A stretch of DNA of 64,000 nt from Octopus vulgaris (GCA_951406725.2 OX597830.1:7626001-7690000); one strand, 5' to 3'; positions 27,168 to 41,074 are shown, counted from the first letter of the stretch. Made by a program: numbers and translations. Notes: generated by a model not told the origin, from the letters alone.

Positions 27168-27705
27168 TACAGGGTAAATGTTTTTTTAATTTTCTCCTGT
27201 TAACGGAATTGATCTTTATTTGCGGTAGAAGCTTTGGCTGTTATTTCTAGTGGGTGAATGGCCTATTATGGCCGTTCCTTAATTGTTAATGTTGAACTTA
27301 AAAATGGTCTATGACTATTTAATTTTTTCCCACTGGGCCGCTGGTGGCAATAAATTTCTACAAAATTTTCCTTGCCACCCTATATTGATTAATTATATAT
27401 ATATATATATATAGATAGATAGATAGATATATGTACGTGGGCTTTCTGTGTGTATGTGTGTGTGCATCGTGTATGTTTGTGTTAACGTGCGTATGTGTAT
27501 GTGTATCTGTTTTTCTTTTTGGGTGATTAATTTCTAATAGAAAAAAATAAATAAACGATGTGTAAAGACTGCCAGGCACCTGTAGCAATTTCTACAACAC
27601 GGCCATTAAATTTGATAAGCAGTTTTATGGTTGACTTATGAACCCGGCACATACTTTCTTGTATATCTGTATGTATATGTACATATGTGTATATACATAT
27701 ATACA

Positions 27706-27868
<163 letters not shown>

Positions 27869-28110
27869 GGATATATATATATGGATATATATACGCATGC
27901 ATGTATGTATGCACGTATGTATAAAACTACATAAATACACATATATATTTACAAAAGTATATTGCGATTCAGTTGTGTATATATAAGTGTGTATGAGAGT
28001 GTATGTGAGTTTGTGTCTGTGTGTGTGTACATATATATATATAATATACCTATATATACATGTATGTATGTATATATATACATATATATATATATATACA
28101 TACATATGTA

Positions 28111-28146
<36 letters not shown>

Positions 28147-28965
28147 TGTATGTATGTATGTATGTATATTTATGTATGTATATATGCGAACGCTCATAAT
28201 TAGAAACGCAAGTACTCATTCATACGTAGATATCAATGAAACCCCTAACCCAACACACACATACGTGTGTGTGTGTGTGTGTTCTCAAAACATGCCCCAC
28301 CCCTGTATATGATAATGTCACTTCACTACATAGCTGATGACCGTTTGTGAGCTAAGCCCCATACCTATATTGTTGCTGTAATTAGTGAGAAATTATACAT
28401 AAATTAGGCACTAATTACTGTGTCTATATAAGCATGGGGCTAACTTGCTTATTTCCGGCTTGTTACTGTTTTCTTTTCGCTTGTATCCTAAATTTTATTG
28501 TTTTTTATTTAATTGTTCTTTTTTTTTATTTGGATGTTATTTGTTTGTTTTGTCGCATACCAGAATTGGATGGGTTTCGTGTGTATATATTCGACCGTGT
28601 GTTCGTGTGGGCATTGAATCACATAAAAACGCATACATTTTTGTGAATACATACACTCATAGACAACATATATATATATATATATATACATACACATATA
28701 TATATACACATATATATATTCACATATATATATATATAAACATATATATATATACATATATATATACACATAAATCTGCATATATATATATATGTATGTA
28801 TATGTATTTATACATATATATGTGTATATATATGTCCACATATACATATATATATATATACGTTTGTATGAATAGGCATACGTATATACGTAGACATATA
28901 TGTATGTGTATGTATATACATGTATATATGTATATATGTATATATATGTATATACGTATACACAA

Positions 28966-28996
<31 letters not shown>

Positions 28997-29399
28997 CGTA
29001 AACACACATCCTCATACACATATATAAATAGAAAGAAAGAGATGCTTATTCTTGTAAAAAAAACATTGACTTACAAGGAAATAAGGACTTTAATAAGAAA
29101 AACAAATTTAAGTATTTACAACTTACAATGCGACTGTTGGTTCAGAGTTCCGGCAAATACGGAAAATATTAAAAATAGAACTAAATGGTTCACATATATA
29201 AATAATGTAGGAATGTAAAAGATGTGAGAGGTTGTTTGAATGTCTAAAGTATGATTATTCATAAAATCTTAAAGCGAAAATTTCCTAAGGTGAATTTGCG
29301 TTCAATATATGGCTACTGGAATGTGGCTCGCGTAGGGGGTAATTACATATGTGACGGATGCAAAGGTGATACCTACAACCATCCAGCGAAGTAAATATC

Positions 29400-29755
29400 A
29401 CTCCCCAGGAAAAAGGCCATCAGACTGAACCTTCGACGATCATTAAGCCTACATTCCGAAGCCCCAGACTGGCAACTGAGAGTGGATCTCGTGGAACGGT
29501 TAAAGTTCCTAGATCACACTGCACAAACTACACTACGCGCAGACATTGTGGTCTTCTCGGATTCCACCGAACAGGAGAACCTGTGGGAACTGACTATGCC
29601 CTGGACGAAGCTCATGAGGGGAAACTTGTTAAATACCAGGAGCTGGTTGAGTAGAGCGGAAATCGAAGCTGGCGGGCAAATACACAAAACCACATGAGAC
29701 TCCCGGAGCATTACTGACGATGTATCCCGGAGCATCCGCGGGATGTGTCTTAAGA
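29400..29755 (+). mobile_element. 3' fragment of HERO-clade RLE non-LTR retrotransposon
   Basis: APDWQLRVDLVERLKFLDHTAQTTLRADIVVFS..WELTMPW, then frameshift to EAHEGKLVKYQELVE. Confidence 0.75.
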
Positions 29756-29937
29756 CTATCATATATTATATATATATATATTATGTATATATAGATATGT
29801 ATATATATGTATGTGTACATATACATATGTATATACATACATATATATATATTCATATACATATACATATACATATATGTGTATATATTTATATATGGCC
29901 TGGGCCAATAATGGCCGAAACCTATCAAAGTATCAAA

Positions 29938-30024
<87 letters not shown>

Positions 30025-30142
30025 CATACATACATACATGCATACATACATACATACATAAATACATATATATATATACATATACATATACATATATACA
30101 CACATACATATATATATATGTGTGTGTGTGTATGTATATGTA

Positions 30143-30182
<40 letters not shown>

Positions 30183-30846
30183 ATAATTATTCTATAAGTA
30201 TTCAACGTTATCCTAATTATCATCATTCCCATCATCACCATTACCAACATCACCGCCACCACCATCACCACAGCCACCACCATCATCACCATCACCATCG
30301 CTACTATCAACAACACCACCACTGCCGCCAGCATCACCTTCACCACCAACATTACCGAAGCCAGCAACAAAAGACTGCCACATTTTCCTATCACTATTTG
30401 AAATTCAGAACCAAAAGAATACAAAGAGATCCCTCCCCACTTCACCCTTCACCCATACACCTTCCATTCCACACACACACACACACACATACGCACACAC
30501 ATGCCCGTGCGCGCGCAAATAAAAACATCATACAAACACACACACACACATGCAGCGATACACTCGTACACATACACAAAAATAATTTTATTTAATAGCA
30601 GCAAATATTTATATGAAGGTTTTTGACAGGATAAATAATCGCCTTTGGTGACGATGGAAGTGGTGGTGGCGCTGCTGGGGTTTTTTGGCGGGTGAGGGTA
30701 GGGATTAGTAGTTTCTATGATAGACCACACCCAATACATACTCGTAACCATCTTTCCCTGAACTATTAAATATATTTTTGGCTCGCAGTTAAATGCTGTC
30801 TGTTTGCGTACGCATAGAGAATTGTATAACATTTATTGCACATATT

Positions 30847-30899
<53 letters not shown>

Positions 30900-30914
30900 T
30901 AAAAGAGTTACGCT

Positions 30915-31092
30915 TTTACTTGATTCACTCATATGACTGCGGCCATGTGGAGTACCGCCTTTTTAGTCGAACAAATCGACCCCAGGACCTATTCTATCGG
31001 TTCCTTTTGCCGAACCGCTATGTTACGTGGACGAAAAAACACGCCAGCATCGGTTGTCAAGCGATGGTGGATGGAGAAAGACACGTAAATAC

Positions 31093-31129
<37 letters not shown>

Positions 31130-31280
31130 TACGACAGGCTTCTTTCAGTTTCCATCTACCTAATCCACTCACAAGGCTCTGGTCGTCCCGAGACTATAAA
31201 AGAAGACACTTGCCCAAGGTGCCACGCAGTGGGAATGAACCCGAAACCATGTGGTTGGGAAGTAACCACACCAGCCGCTC
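30915..31280 (-). mobile_element. OR2-like SINE
   Basis: AGAAGACACTTGCCCAAGGTGCCACGCAGTGGGA; tail at left. Confidence 0.8.
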
Positions 31281-31401
31281 CTCCACCTATTTTTGTGCAC
31301 TATTTTTGTACATTTACTTATCGCATCAATGTATCATTTGTTGCATGTATACCAGTGTATGTATAAAATTTGTATGTTATTTGATGCATGTATATATATA
31401 T

Positions 31402-31444
<43 letters not shown>

Positions 31445-31596
31445 ATGAAAACGATAGAGTGAAAGAGAAAAGGGAAATAACTTTGCTTAACGTATTTGTT
31501 TTATATGTGTGGATATATAGAGTCTGTGCATTATTCTTGATACGTATATGTGCATACGGAGTTTTTACCAACACAATTACATACATACACATACAC

Positions 31597-31635
<39 letters not shown>

Positions 31636-31693
31636 GGCAACAAAAGAATGAATGAGGCCACGATATTATGTAAATACAGGAATTTATCTAAAA

Positions 31694-31860
31694 ATATAAT
31701 ATTTGACAATTACTTGGTTGTCATAATATAAGTCAGAATTTCGAATGCCGGAGCTGAAGTCTGCTCAGGCATCTCGATGAGATGCCGGAGCAGGCTTCAG
31801 CCTCGACGTCCGAAACTCTGAGTTTTATTATGACAACTAAGCCTATTGTCCTATATTATA
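31694..31860. mobile_element. ~165-bp fold-back with a truncated hammerhead core at its apex
   Basis: ..GGCATCTC-GAT-GAGATGCC..; right arm reads GATGA-GATGCC..GACGTC-C-GAAACTCTGAGTT. Confidence 0.65.
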
Positions 31861-31862
31861 TG

Positions 31863-31946
<84 letters not shown>

Positions 31947-31948
<2 letters not shown>

Positions 31949-32095
31949 CGCAGGCGTGGCTGTGTAGTAAGAATCTTGCTTCCCAACCACTTAGTTCCGA
32001 GTTCAGTCCCACTGAGTGGCACTTTGGGCAAGTGTCTTCTCCTAAAGACTTGTGAGTGGATTTTGTACACAGAAACTTAAAGAAGCCATTCGTAT
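31947..32095 (+). mobile_element. OR2-like SINE 5' part
   Basis: GGCGCAGGCGTGGCTGTGTAGTAAG head, GAGTTCAGTCCC B box. Confidence 0.8.
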
Positions 32096-32104
32096 ATATA
32101 TATA

Positions 32105-32350
32105 TAATCAGAAAATGGAGAAAACCTCAGATCAACAAACACGAGCTCAGTGCCTTAATTCGAATATCCTATGATGAATTTTATTTTCACAATTATTTAT
32201 AGACAGTGTTTGGCGACGGATGCAGAAACGGCCGTAATATTTGTTACGCAGCATATATGTTATGTCAGGCTTTGTATTAAAAAATAAGCTGTAAATGTGG
32301 TCCATCGATGTGTTTCTTAATCTGAGGTTGTCTCCATTTTCTAATTATTC
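32105..32350. mobile_element. Degraded PLE-like fragment with ~38-bp terminal inverted arms
   Basis: TAATCAGAAAATGGAGAAAACCTCAGAT / ATCTGAGGTTGTCTCCATTTTCTAATTA; internal GAAACGGCCGTA. Confidence 0.5.
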
Positions 32351-32513
32351 ATAATTGTTTCCTGATAAACTCTTGTTTATCTTCATGTTATCTGCACTCT
32401 ACGTGTATGGAGTGTCTGCACACCAATGTCCGGTGATAACACGGGTAACGGATACCGATAGTATATACAGATATTTTAGCCCTTAAAATGTTATTATAAC
32501 CGCTAACTCTGTT

Positions 32514-32642
<129 letters not shown>

Positions 32643-32757
32643 CAAAATAATTATTTTGATTATAATCACCCCACGGATTTATATGGATAACACCATACAG
32701 AATTCTGGTGCATCTAAATTAAGTACCATGTTCATTTGAATCTAAATTTTTCCTGAA

Positions 32758-32814
<57 letters not shown>

Positions 32815-33025
32815 GTCCTTGTGCCTGTCTTTATCCTCACCATCACCCGCTTGACAACCGGTGTTGTTGTGTTTATGCTCCTCTAACCTTGCAGTTCGGC
32901 CTCAGAGACAAACAGAATAATTACCGAGCTTAAGAGGTAAGTCCTGGGGTCGATTTGTTCGACGAAAATCCTCCAAGTTGATGCTCCAGTTTGGCCACGG
33001 TCGACTGCCAGAAACAAGTAAAATA
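32815..33025 (+). mobile_element. OR2-like SINE 3' part
   Basis: GCTTGACAACCGG..CTGGGGTCGATTTGTTCGAC..GAAACAAGTAAAA. Confidence 0.65.
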
Positions 33026-33102
33026 AAAAAAAAGAAGAAAAGACCATATGCGAGAGTTTTTGCGTGTGCTTGCGTGCATGTGTGTGTGTATATATATATA
33101 TA

Positions 33103-33455
33103 CAGTGTGAAATTAATGAAATTAACAGCGGACCTTGAAGCAATCCAGAGAAGATTCACAAAGAAAGATCGTCTCTTTGCAACAGCTCAGCTACTGGGAA
33201 AGGTTGAAACAGCTAAGATTCTACTCCCTGGAGAGAAGACGGGAGAGGTATGCAGTAATAGAGGTATGCTGGACATCTTCCTGTCGAGAGCCCCCGATGA
33301 ACCTACCTCACGGCAAGAGGTGCAAATGAGAGTAGCTATATCAAACTCTTTTATTCACAAAGTGCCACATATTAGAGGAGGCTCTTCGTAATAACAGTGT
33401 AGCACAAAACGGCGGTGCAGCAGCATGGCCGCAGCTCTGAGCTGAAACAAGAAAT
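33103..33455 (+). mobile_element. Second, internally deleted 3' copy of the CR1/L2-group LINE
   Basis: Near identical to parts of 24951-25515 (KLTADLEAIQRRFTKK..DEPTSRQEVQMRVAISNS). Confidence 0.85.
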
Positions 33456-33464
33456 ATATATTTA

Positions 33465-34255
33465 CTAGCAGCATAGCCCGGCGTTGCCCGGGTATGTAAG
33501 AGCCCCTAGTAGGCAACGACTAATCCCAATCTAGTCCTTTCCCTCTAGGGAACGAAGGCGCATGTGTAGGTTGCAATGTCTTCTCTTCACTCCCAAATAA
33601 CTATCAAACAGCTATCGATAATTCAACCCAACCAATTCCTACCAGGAAGAAACTATATTCGAGATTTTACCCCCAACACCGCCACTTCTGCTAATAGCTG
33701 CTGCAGCTGCAAGTTATTCGAATACTTTTTTTGTTTACACTTTCTTTATAACTACCACCCCAAACGTTTTACCTTAAATTTTTGATGTACCCTAAGGGTC
33801 CTCGGACGCTACTTGCAAACTCTTGGTTTATTATAAACCGCTTTTGTCGTGTGCATCAAAAAACCTTTTCCATTCGTTTGTTCAGTTTGGTCACTTTTGA
33901 CTTTTTCGTTGTTGTCACTCACATTACTGCCCGCTTTTTTGCCGTTTTTGTACATTTTCTATACATTTTGGGATACTTACCCCACGTGTTCCGAGAGTTA
34001 AAAAGGTCGAGTTGCGTCCCCTAGACAGTCTGTAGAAAATGTGTTGCATATAAAAAGCTTAGATTCTCGACCCATGTCGAATTTATCGATTTTTTTTCAG
34101 AACTGGGGGAACTTTTCAAAATGTTCGCTGCGTTAGTTTTGAATTATGACATTGGGCTACGTGTGCGTCAAGTTTCATCAGAATCGGTTGAAAGCCGTGG
34201 TCAGGGTGAGGGTACAACCTGACAGACACACAGACACACAGACAGACAAACTGCC

Positions 34256-34265
<10 letters not shown>
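33465..34265 (-). mobile_element. Non-autonomous Helitron (Lep1-like architecture)
   Basis: Minus-strand 3' end: hairpin CCCGG-GCAACG-CCGGG then CTAG|T; the other end has AAGTTTCATCAGAATCGG and (ACAG)n. Confidence 0.7.
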
Positions 34266-34301
<36 letters not shown>

Positions 34302-34436
34302 CATATATTTACATATATATATATATGTATATTGTCCTAGACCGTAATAAAATTGCACTCATTACGTAGATAATTGCGCTTGTATATTTTATATCGCCAA
34401 GTAATACATAGCTAGTTATGGCCTATGAGTGTCCAC

Positions 34437-34500
34437 ACTGTTACCCTAGGTTTCGTGTTGAATATTGGCTCTAAATAATATTGGCCCCCCCTCAGACATT
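34437..34500 (-). ncRNA. Degenerate type I hammerhead
   Basis: Minus strand AATGT-CTGAGGG-..AATATT..AATATT..-GAAA-CC-TAG-GG-TA-ACAGT. Confidence 0.45.
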
Positions 34501-35110
34501 CTAGCCGGAAACTCACCTTGCTCTGGTGGAAGGATTCATAAAGTTTCCTCTCCATGATCCGAAAAGCGCTTCTCCCTTCTTTAGTCTAGTTGTATTTTAT
34601 TTCCTTCGTAAGTGCATACCGAGTTACTTCCTCCTCCATTATATATATATTCTCGTTACTTTTGTTGTAGCATTTCAATTTCTATTCATTTTCGGTTTTT
34701 AAAACGAATGTTCTTAATTTAACTAGTGTGTCTGTATCCGATCTTGTTTTTGACGATGTTAATGTTTCTTTTACTGTATTCTTAAAGAACATCAAGTTAC
34801 TCTCTGTGCGAGGCTGTAAAATATGCATGTAGGATACAAATGTAGGCACCCTCTTCTTCGTGTATTAGTTTTCTCGCTCAGATATTTGCGTTATGCACTT
34901 TTGTACTTTTTGCACAAATTCAAAATACGCGTTCTGTGGTTGACGTAGGGTTGACTGGTACAGTTTTGATGTGTCGTGTTTCATCTAGTGAGCTTTATTT
35001 ATCGACCCCGAAAGAAGGGAAAGTCAAGGAGATTGAAGTCCAAACATAAAGAGACGGAACAAATGCTGAGATATATTTTTATTCTTTAGTTATGTAATTG
35101 TTAATCATCA

Positions 35111-35192
<82 letters not shown>

Positions 35193-35194
<2 letters not shown>

Positions 35195-35465
35195 TATGCT
35201 TGACTTTTGCTTTGCATTTGTACAAGTTGGCTCCAAGTCTCACCCAGAGACCTCAAGAGACAACAAGTTAGAAGTTCATGTTGGTGTTATGCCTAGGGTG
35301 CCATATATTTGGTTTTGTACTTAGTGTTGTTCTAGAGAATGTTTAAGAAACCATAAGCAAATTATGAGTCTGTTTTTAAATTTGAGATTACATAGACGGT
35401 ATTTTACGTAGGATATGGGCAGTTCCCATGAACACTGTCATTTGAATTTCTGCCATTTTGGGGCT
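35193..35465 (-). mobile_element. 3' end of R4/Dong-clade LINE (family D)
   Basis: PKMAEIQMTVFMGTAHILRKIPSM* plus 3'UTR in (ATT)n. Confidence 0.75.
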
Positions 35466-35489
35466 ATTATCATCATCATCATCATTATT

Positions 35490-36048
35490 GATTGAGAAAG
35501 CAGCGCATGCCATCACTGTGACACACTGGTGGTACAAATATACAAAGCCCAATATACCCATCATGACTACCCGTCTGATAATGGTACATCAGGCACATGC
35601 ATCACAACCATTTGTGTGCGATACGGTGTTCTCATAACAAGACTAACGGCACATGACTTGTTGATGGGGTTTTGTTAGAATTTCCTTCTCGCTGAGTTGC
35701 CCATACCGCTCAAAAGGTCCCTGAATAAAGGTTGTTTAAGGATGTTGAACGAAATACCCATATTTCCACAGGTGATTTATCCAAACCCCAAAGAACTCCT
35801 CTCAAAACATGCCTATGATTCTCCCTCCACCTATTTCTGCTCGTGATCAGAGATGCACATATCGTCAGCCACCAAGGGACATGCTCAACTGGTTACGGTC
35901 AAGCAACTGACAAGCAAATCTGTGGTATTGAGCAGAATATTTGCTGTAGCCTATCTTTTCTACCAAGACAAAACAATGTATATGATAACACTTCCAATCA
36001 GTTAAGATCAGAAGCCATGAGAGCCACTACCTGGTACTGCATCAGGGC
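35490..36048. mobile_element. ~550-bp (ATT)n-targeting non-coding element, older copy
   Basis: Colinear diverged copy of 36188-36741. Confidence 0.8.
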
Positions 36049-36049
36049 A

Positions 36050-36187
<138 letters not shown>

Positions 36188-36741
36188 GAGTGAGAGAGCA
36201 GTGCATGCCATCAAAGTGACACTGGGGTAAAATATACGAAGCCCAATGTACACATCATGACTACCCGTCTGATAAAGGTACACCAGGCACATGCATCACA
36301 ACCATATGTGCGCGACATGGTGATCTCATATCAAGATAAACAGCACATGACCTTGCAGGTGGGGCCCAGTTAGAATTTTCTTCAGGTTGAGTAGACCATA
36401 CCGCTCAAACGGTCCCTGAATAAGGGTTGTTTAAGGGTGTTGAAAGAACCACCCATGTTTCCAGAGGTGAACTATCCAAACCCCAAAGAATCCCTCTCAA
36501 CACATGGCTATGATGCTCCCCCACTACTTCTGCTCGTGATCAGAGATGCACATATCGTCAGCCACTAAGGGACATGCTCAACTGGTTATGGTCAAGCAAC
36601 TGACAAGCAAATCTGTGGTATTGAGCAGAATATTTGCTGTAGCCCATCTTTTATACCAAGACAAAACAATGTATATGATAACACTTCCAATCAGTTAAGA
36701 TCAGAAGCCATGAGAGCCACTACCTGGTACTGCATCAGGGC
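36188..36741. mobile_element. ~550-bp (ATT)n-targeting non-coding element
   Basis: GAGTGAGAGAGCAGTGCATGCC...TACCTGGTACTGCATCAGGGC flanked by (ATT)n; 3 copies in window. Confidence 0.8.
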
Positions 36742-36769
36742 TTTATTATTATTATTATTATTATTATTA

Positions 36770-36821
<52 letters not shown>

Positions 36822-36822
36822 T

Positions 36823-36898
<76 letters not shown>

Positions 36899-37105
36899 GG
36901 CACGCTGGCAGAATCGTCATCACATAGAGCGAAATGTTTAGCGGCATTTCGTCTGTCTTTATGTTCAGAGTTCAAATTCCGCCGAAGTCGACTCTGCCTT
37001 TCATCTGTTTGGGGTCGATAAAATAAGTTCCAGTTGAGCACTGGTATTGATGTAATCGAATAGCCCCTCCCCTCAAATTTCAGGCCCTGTAGCTATAGAA
37101 GAAAG
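36899..37105 (+). mobile_element. OK-like SINE
   Basis: GCTGGCAGAATCG..GAGTTCAAATTCCGCCG..GGGGTCGATAAAATAAG. Confidence 0.8.
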
Positions 37106-37130
37106 GATTATCATCGTCATCATCATCATC

Positions 37131-37282
<152 letters not shown>

Positions 37283-38195
37283 CATCATCATTATTATTGA
37301 TAACATTATATGCTACAACGTTCTTTCATTTTTATGGTCAGTCACACTTGAAGCTGTATTGTTTTCGTGTGAACGATGGTATCTATTTCGAAAGTTTATT
37401 TCAGACATTGATAAGGCACAAAATTAAATGTGTGCGCACAGGCGCGGGCGTATATCTTTCTATACGGAGATAACTAGACATATAGAGAGGTTGATCCATA
37501 GACAGTTAGATAGGAAGAGAGAGTGGAGGGAGCGAGAGGGGGAGAAAGAGTGGAGGTGATTTTTACAGTTACTCTGTGTATAGTAAGCTCAGAAGCATAT
37601 ATATTGATGTGTCTTTCTCTGTGAATGCATATCTACATGTATGTGTGCGTTTGTGTATGTATATATGTGCATACATACAAATAAACACACACACATATAT
37701 ATATATATATATGCACTTTTATATAAATATACATACATGCATATATATGTATGTGAATGCTTGTGTGTGCTCATATATATATATCTCAGTTAGAGGTGGT
37801 AATAATATCGACAAGGTCTCTCCTCCATGATTGATGGTGTTCCCCTATACAGAACACGCCTGGACCTGTCCCTAAATATAACGAGGAGCGAGTCGATGAC
37901 ACAAGCATGCTTTATGCAAATCCATAATTTTTCATCGAATCTTTCCACTAATTTTCCTCGGTACATTTTCTGTTTTTAATCAAAATACTTCTCCCCTGCA
38001 AGTATTAATATCTTAACTAAGTTGATCCGAAATGTATTAAAATTGCTTTCACATTAACTGTTCCTCTTGTCGAGAATATTCTTTATCTATGTCTGGTTTC
38101 CTTGCACTTAAACGTGTTTACGAATCTGATTTTGTTTGAAATTTGATGCAGAAATATCTCAGTCATTTATACACTAGTCTTGTGTACATTATATA

Positions 38196-38312
<117 letters not shown>

Positions 38313-38325
38313 GGATAGATGGATG

Positions 38326-38413
<88 letters not shown>

Positions 38414-38529
38414 TAGTTTAAATTTGCTGAATGCAAAAGACGAAGACAAGCGCAGGAACATGAGGTGTGTTAGTTTAACGCTCGGGGAGGATGGAAAAGT
38501 CTTTGACGTTTCAACCCAATGCATGGTAT

Positions 38530-38950
38530 ATTGTTGGCACCTTGTTGGCACCCTTTTGTCTTGGAAGACAATGGAGTTGTGCATAAACTAATCCAGTCTG
38601 GTTTTTACATCTCATGTCCTCTCCAGTTTCCTCTCCACTTTTGCGCAGGCCTGGGCTAGATGTAAGAAAATACTGGGTATCCCAATCATCAGGATTCCTC
38701 TCTCGACCTTGCTGATGTAGTCCAAAGGAGTGCAGAGCATTACGTTTGGCACTAGCTTGGTTGCAGAAGGTGCCAGAAGAGTGTCGAGTCGAACACTAAA
38801 CCGCCTATGGGGCTCAACTCCAAATTTCTTTGAAGGTTCTCTCCTCTCCGTAACCCTGGATAAGGGCCCATTCCGGGTACTGCCAGCTGGAGCCAGCTCA
38901 GCCCGGGACTCGTGTCAGGCAGGGTCGTCACTTCCTGAAGTAGTGAAGAA
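38530..38950 (-). mobile_element. Probable RTE-derived non-autonomous element (5'UTR-like)
   Basis: GCTGATGTAGTCCAAAGGAGTGCAGAGC..TACGTTTGGCACTAGC resembles RTE 5' regions, recognised from memory. Confidence 0.45.
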
Positions 38951-38979
38951 AATCGCTATCCACTACCTAGACATGTTTT

Positions 38980-39010
<31 letters not shown>

Positions 39011-39049
39011 CATATATACATATATACATATATATATACATACATATAC

Positions 39050-39102
<53 letters not shown>

Positions 39103-39645
39103 TATATGTGTGTGTGTGTGTGTGTGTATGTATATATATATGTATATGCATATATATATGTATATATATTGAAAGGGTTGCAAGAAGCAACGAAAGTTTT
39201 AGAAAATATAAAGAAGTAAATAAGTGGAAATGTTACCGGTGAGTGTGATAAATTATAAGGCACTAAAAGAGAATGACTCTCCCCAGATACAACAAAATAT
39301 GCTTCAACACACGAACTCATATAAAGAATCTTGCAAATCATATACAAAAACAAAATGTATATATTTTTTGTTGCACCTTCGTGTTTCTACCTCATTTTTC
39401 AAGTAGAGGAACGTTAGTTAATTTCATCGCCCCCATTTCTCGACCTCGAAAGGATAAAAGTCTAAGAGACCTCAGTTGGATTTGAGCAGAGAACGTGATT
39501 TAGCGGAAGAAAAGCTATTTTTTTTCATTTATTCGGATTTCTAACGATTCTGCCGCGTTACTGCCTCTGAAATGCCCTTGATTAATCTATGAAATAATAA
39601 AGACAAATAAAAAAGAGAAAAGGCAATGACAGCAATTCCGGAATA

Positions 39646-39870
39646 TACGGAGGAGAAGAGAAAAGTTCCGGATTTCGGGTAAAAGAATATACAGGAGCAT
39701 CAGTTAATTATGATTTTGCTCAACATATTTCCCTCTCAGATTCACACACTTATTGTACCAATCGTTCAGTTTTTCTAAGCCTTATAAAAGAACTTGGAAG
39801 TTGGGTCTCTAAGCAGGCCTTTCGTGATGCCCTTAAAGACAGGATCTTTTCAACACCACTCGTCAAGCTT
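39646..39870 (-). mobile_element. mariner 3' terminal fragment
   Basis: Minus strand EKLNDWYNKCVNLRGKYVEQN followed by a TIR-like end. Confidence 0.65.
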
Positions 39871-40029
39871 TTCTATCATGCCCTCGAATTCTCCTGCCCT
39901 GTCTCCAAATCCTCCATTGAATTTCTTGGGGGTCATTTCATCATGCGGAACCGTTAATCCCTACGCATTCTTTACTCTCTCCACCTCTTTTTCCTTTTTT
40001 GTTCGCTCTCCATTTTTTTCCTCTCAGAC

Positions 40030-40165
40030 CCCCTTTTTCTTTTTTCGAAGGCCTTGGCCCGAAACTTCAAAGACTTTTCCATTCTTCCCGCGCATCAAAC
40101 TATTACACCTGCTTGCTCTTCTCTCGCTTGCCTTCGTCCTATATTTTCTGTAAATTCGAACTATA
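40030..40165 (+). mobile_element. Degraded copy of PLE-pLTR-like repeat family
   Basis: Reverse-complement similarity to 40757-40960 and 42338-42510. Confidence 0.55.
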
Positions 40166-40186
40166 TTTATATCTATCTATCTATCT

Positions 40187-40305
<119 letters not shown>

Positions 40306-40493
40306 TAAAATATATAACTTAGAAGCATCACTACGTATGTGCCAGCACACATGACCTTGAGACATAACCGCCGTCTTGCACTTCTCATGAGAAATTCCAG
40401 AAGGAGCTCCGTGAGACCACTGCAGAGTCGCTTCCGGACAAAAAAAAAACGTTGGAAAAACCGATTATAGCAGTGACTTGATCAGTTCCTAGG

Positions 40494-40535
40494 GATATCT
40501 GAAGAAGGAATTTTTATATTCCGAAATATTATATC
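40494..40535 (+). ncRNA. Minimal Penelope-type type I hammerhead, core intact
   Basis: GATAT-CTGAAGA-A-GGAAT-TTTTAT-ATTCC-GAAA-TA-TT-ATATC. Confidence 0.7.
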
Positions 40536-40657
40536 AGACTGGATGATTAAGTTTTAGCAGTTATTATAGTCCATTGTTGTTATTATAGTGCGTTGATGTG
40601 CCATTCAAAACATTATTTTTTACAAACAAGACACAATGCTTCAAGCGAACTACAATA

Positions 40658-40730
<73 letters not shown>

Positions 40731-40756
40731 GAATATATATATATATACATATATAT

Positions 40757-40958
40757 AGTTGAAATTTACAGAAAAACAAAAGACGAAGACAGGTGTATAA
40801 ACAACAACAGGTGTATTAGTCAAATGCTCAGGAAGGTGAAAAAATCTTTCATGTTTCGAGCCTATGCTCTTCAACAGATAGGAATGGAAAATTTACAGAG
40901 AAAGAATTAAAAAAATTTAGAGCTAGCGATCAATCATGGCGGCTGGCTGGACAGAGGT

Positions 40959-40960
<2 letters not shown>
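40757..40960 (-). mobile_element. PLE-pLTR-like repeat in (TA)n with variant hammerhead
   Basis: Minus strand CTGTTGA-A-GAGC-ATAG-GCTC-GAAA; related copies at ~38415, 40030, 42338. Confidence 0.6.
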
Positions 40961-41026
<66 letters not shown>

Positions 41027-41074
41027 ATATGTATATATGTATATATAAAATGTCTATATATATATATGTATATA

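Larger units (their letters stand above)
26041..27396. mobile_element. Young retrozyme-like element: 492-bp hammerhead-bearing monomer, ~1.55 tandem units then ~1.2 inverted units, in (TA)n
   Basis: 26041 restarts at 26533 (period 492); inversion at 26806/26807; copies differ by about 2 substitutions plus homopolymer indels. Confidence 0.9.

Noticed and set aside
28334-28410. CTGATGA ... GAAA pair
   Set aside because: Stems I and II do not pair convincingly
34523-34578. CTGGTGGA-A-GGAT..ATCC-GAAAAGCGCTTC
   Set aside because: Altered core and no stem I pairing
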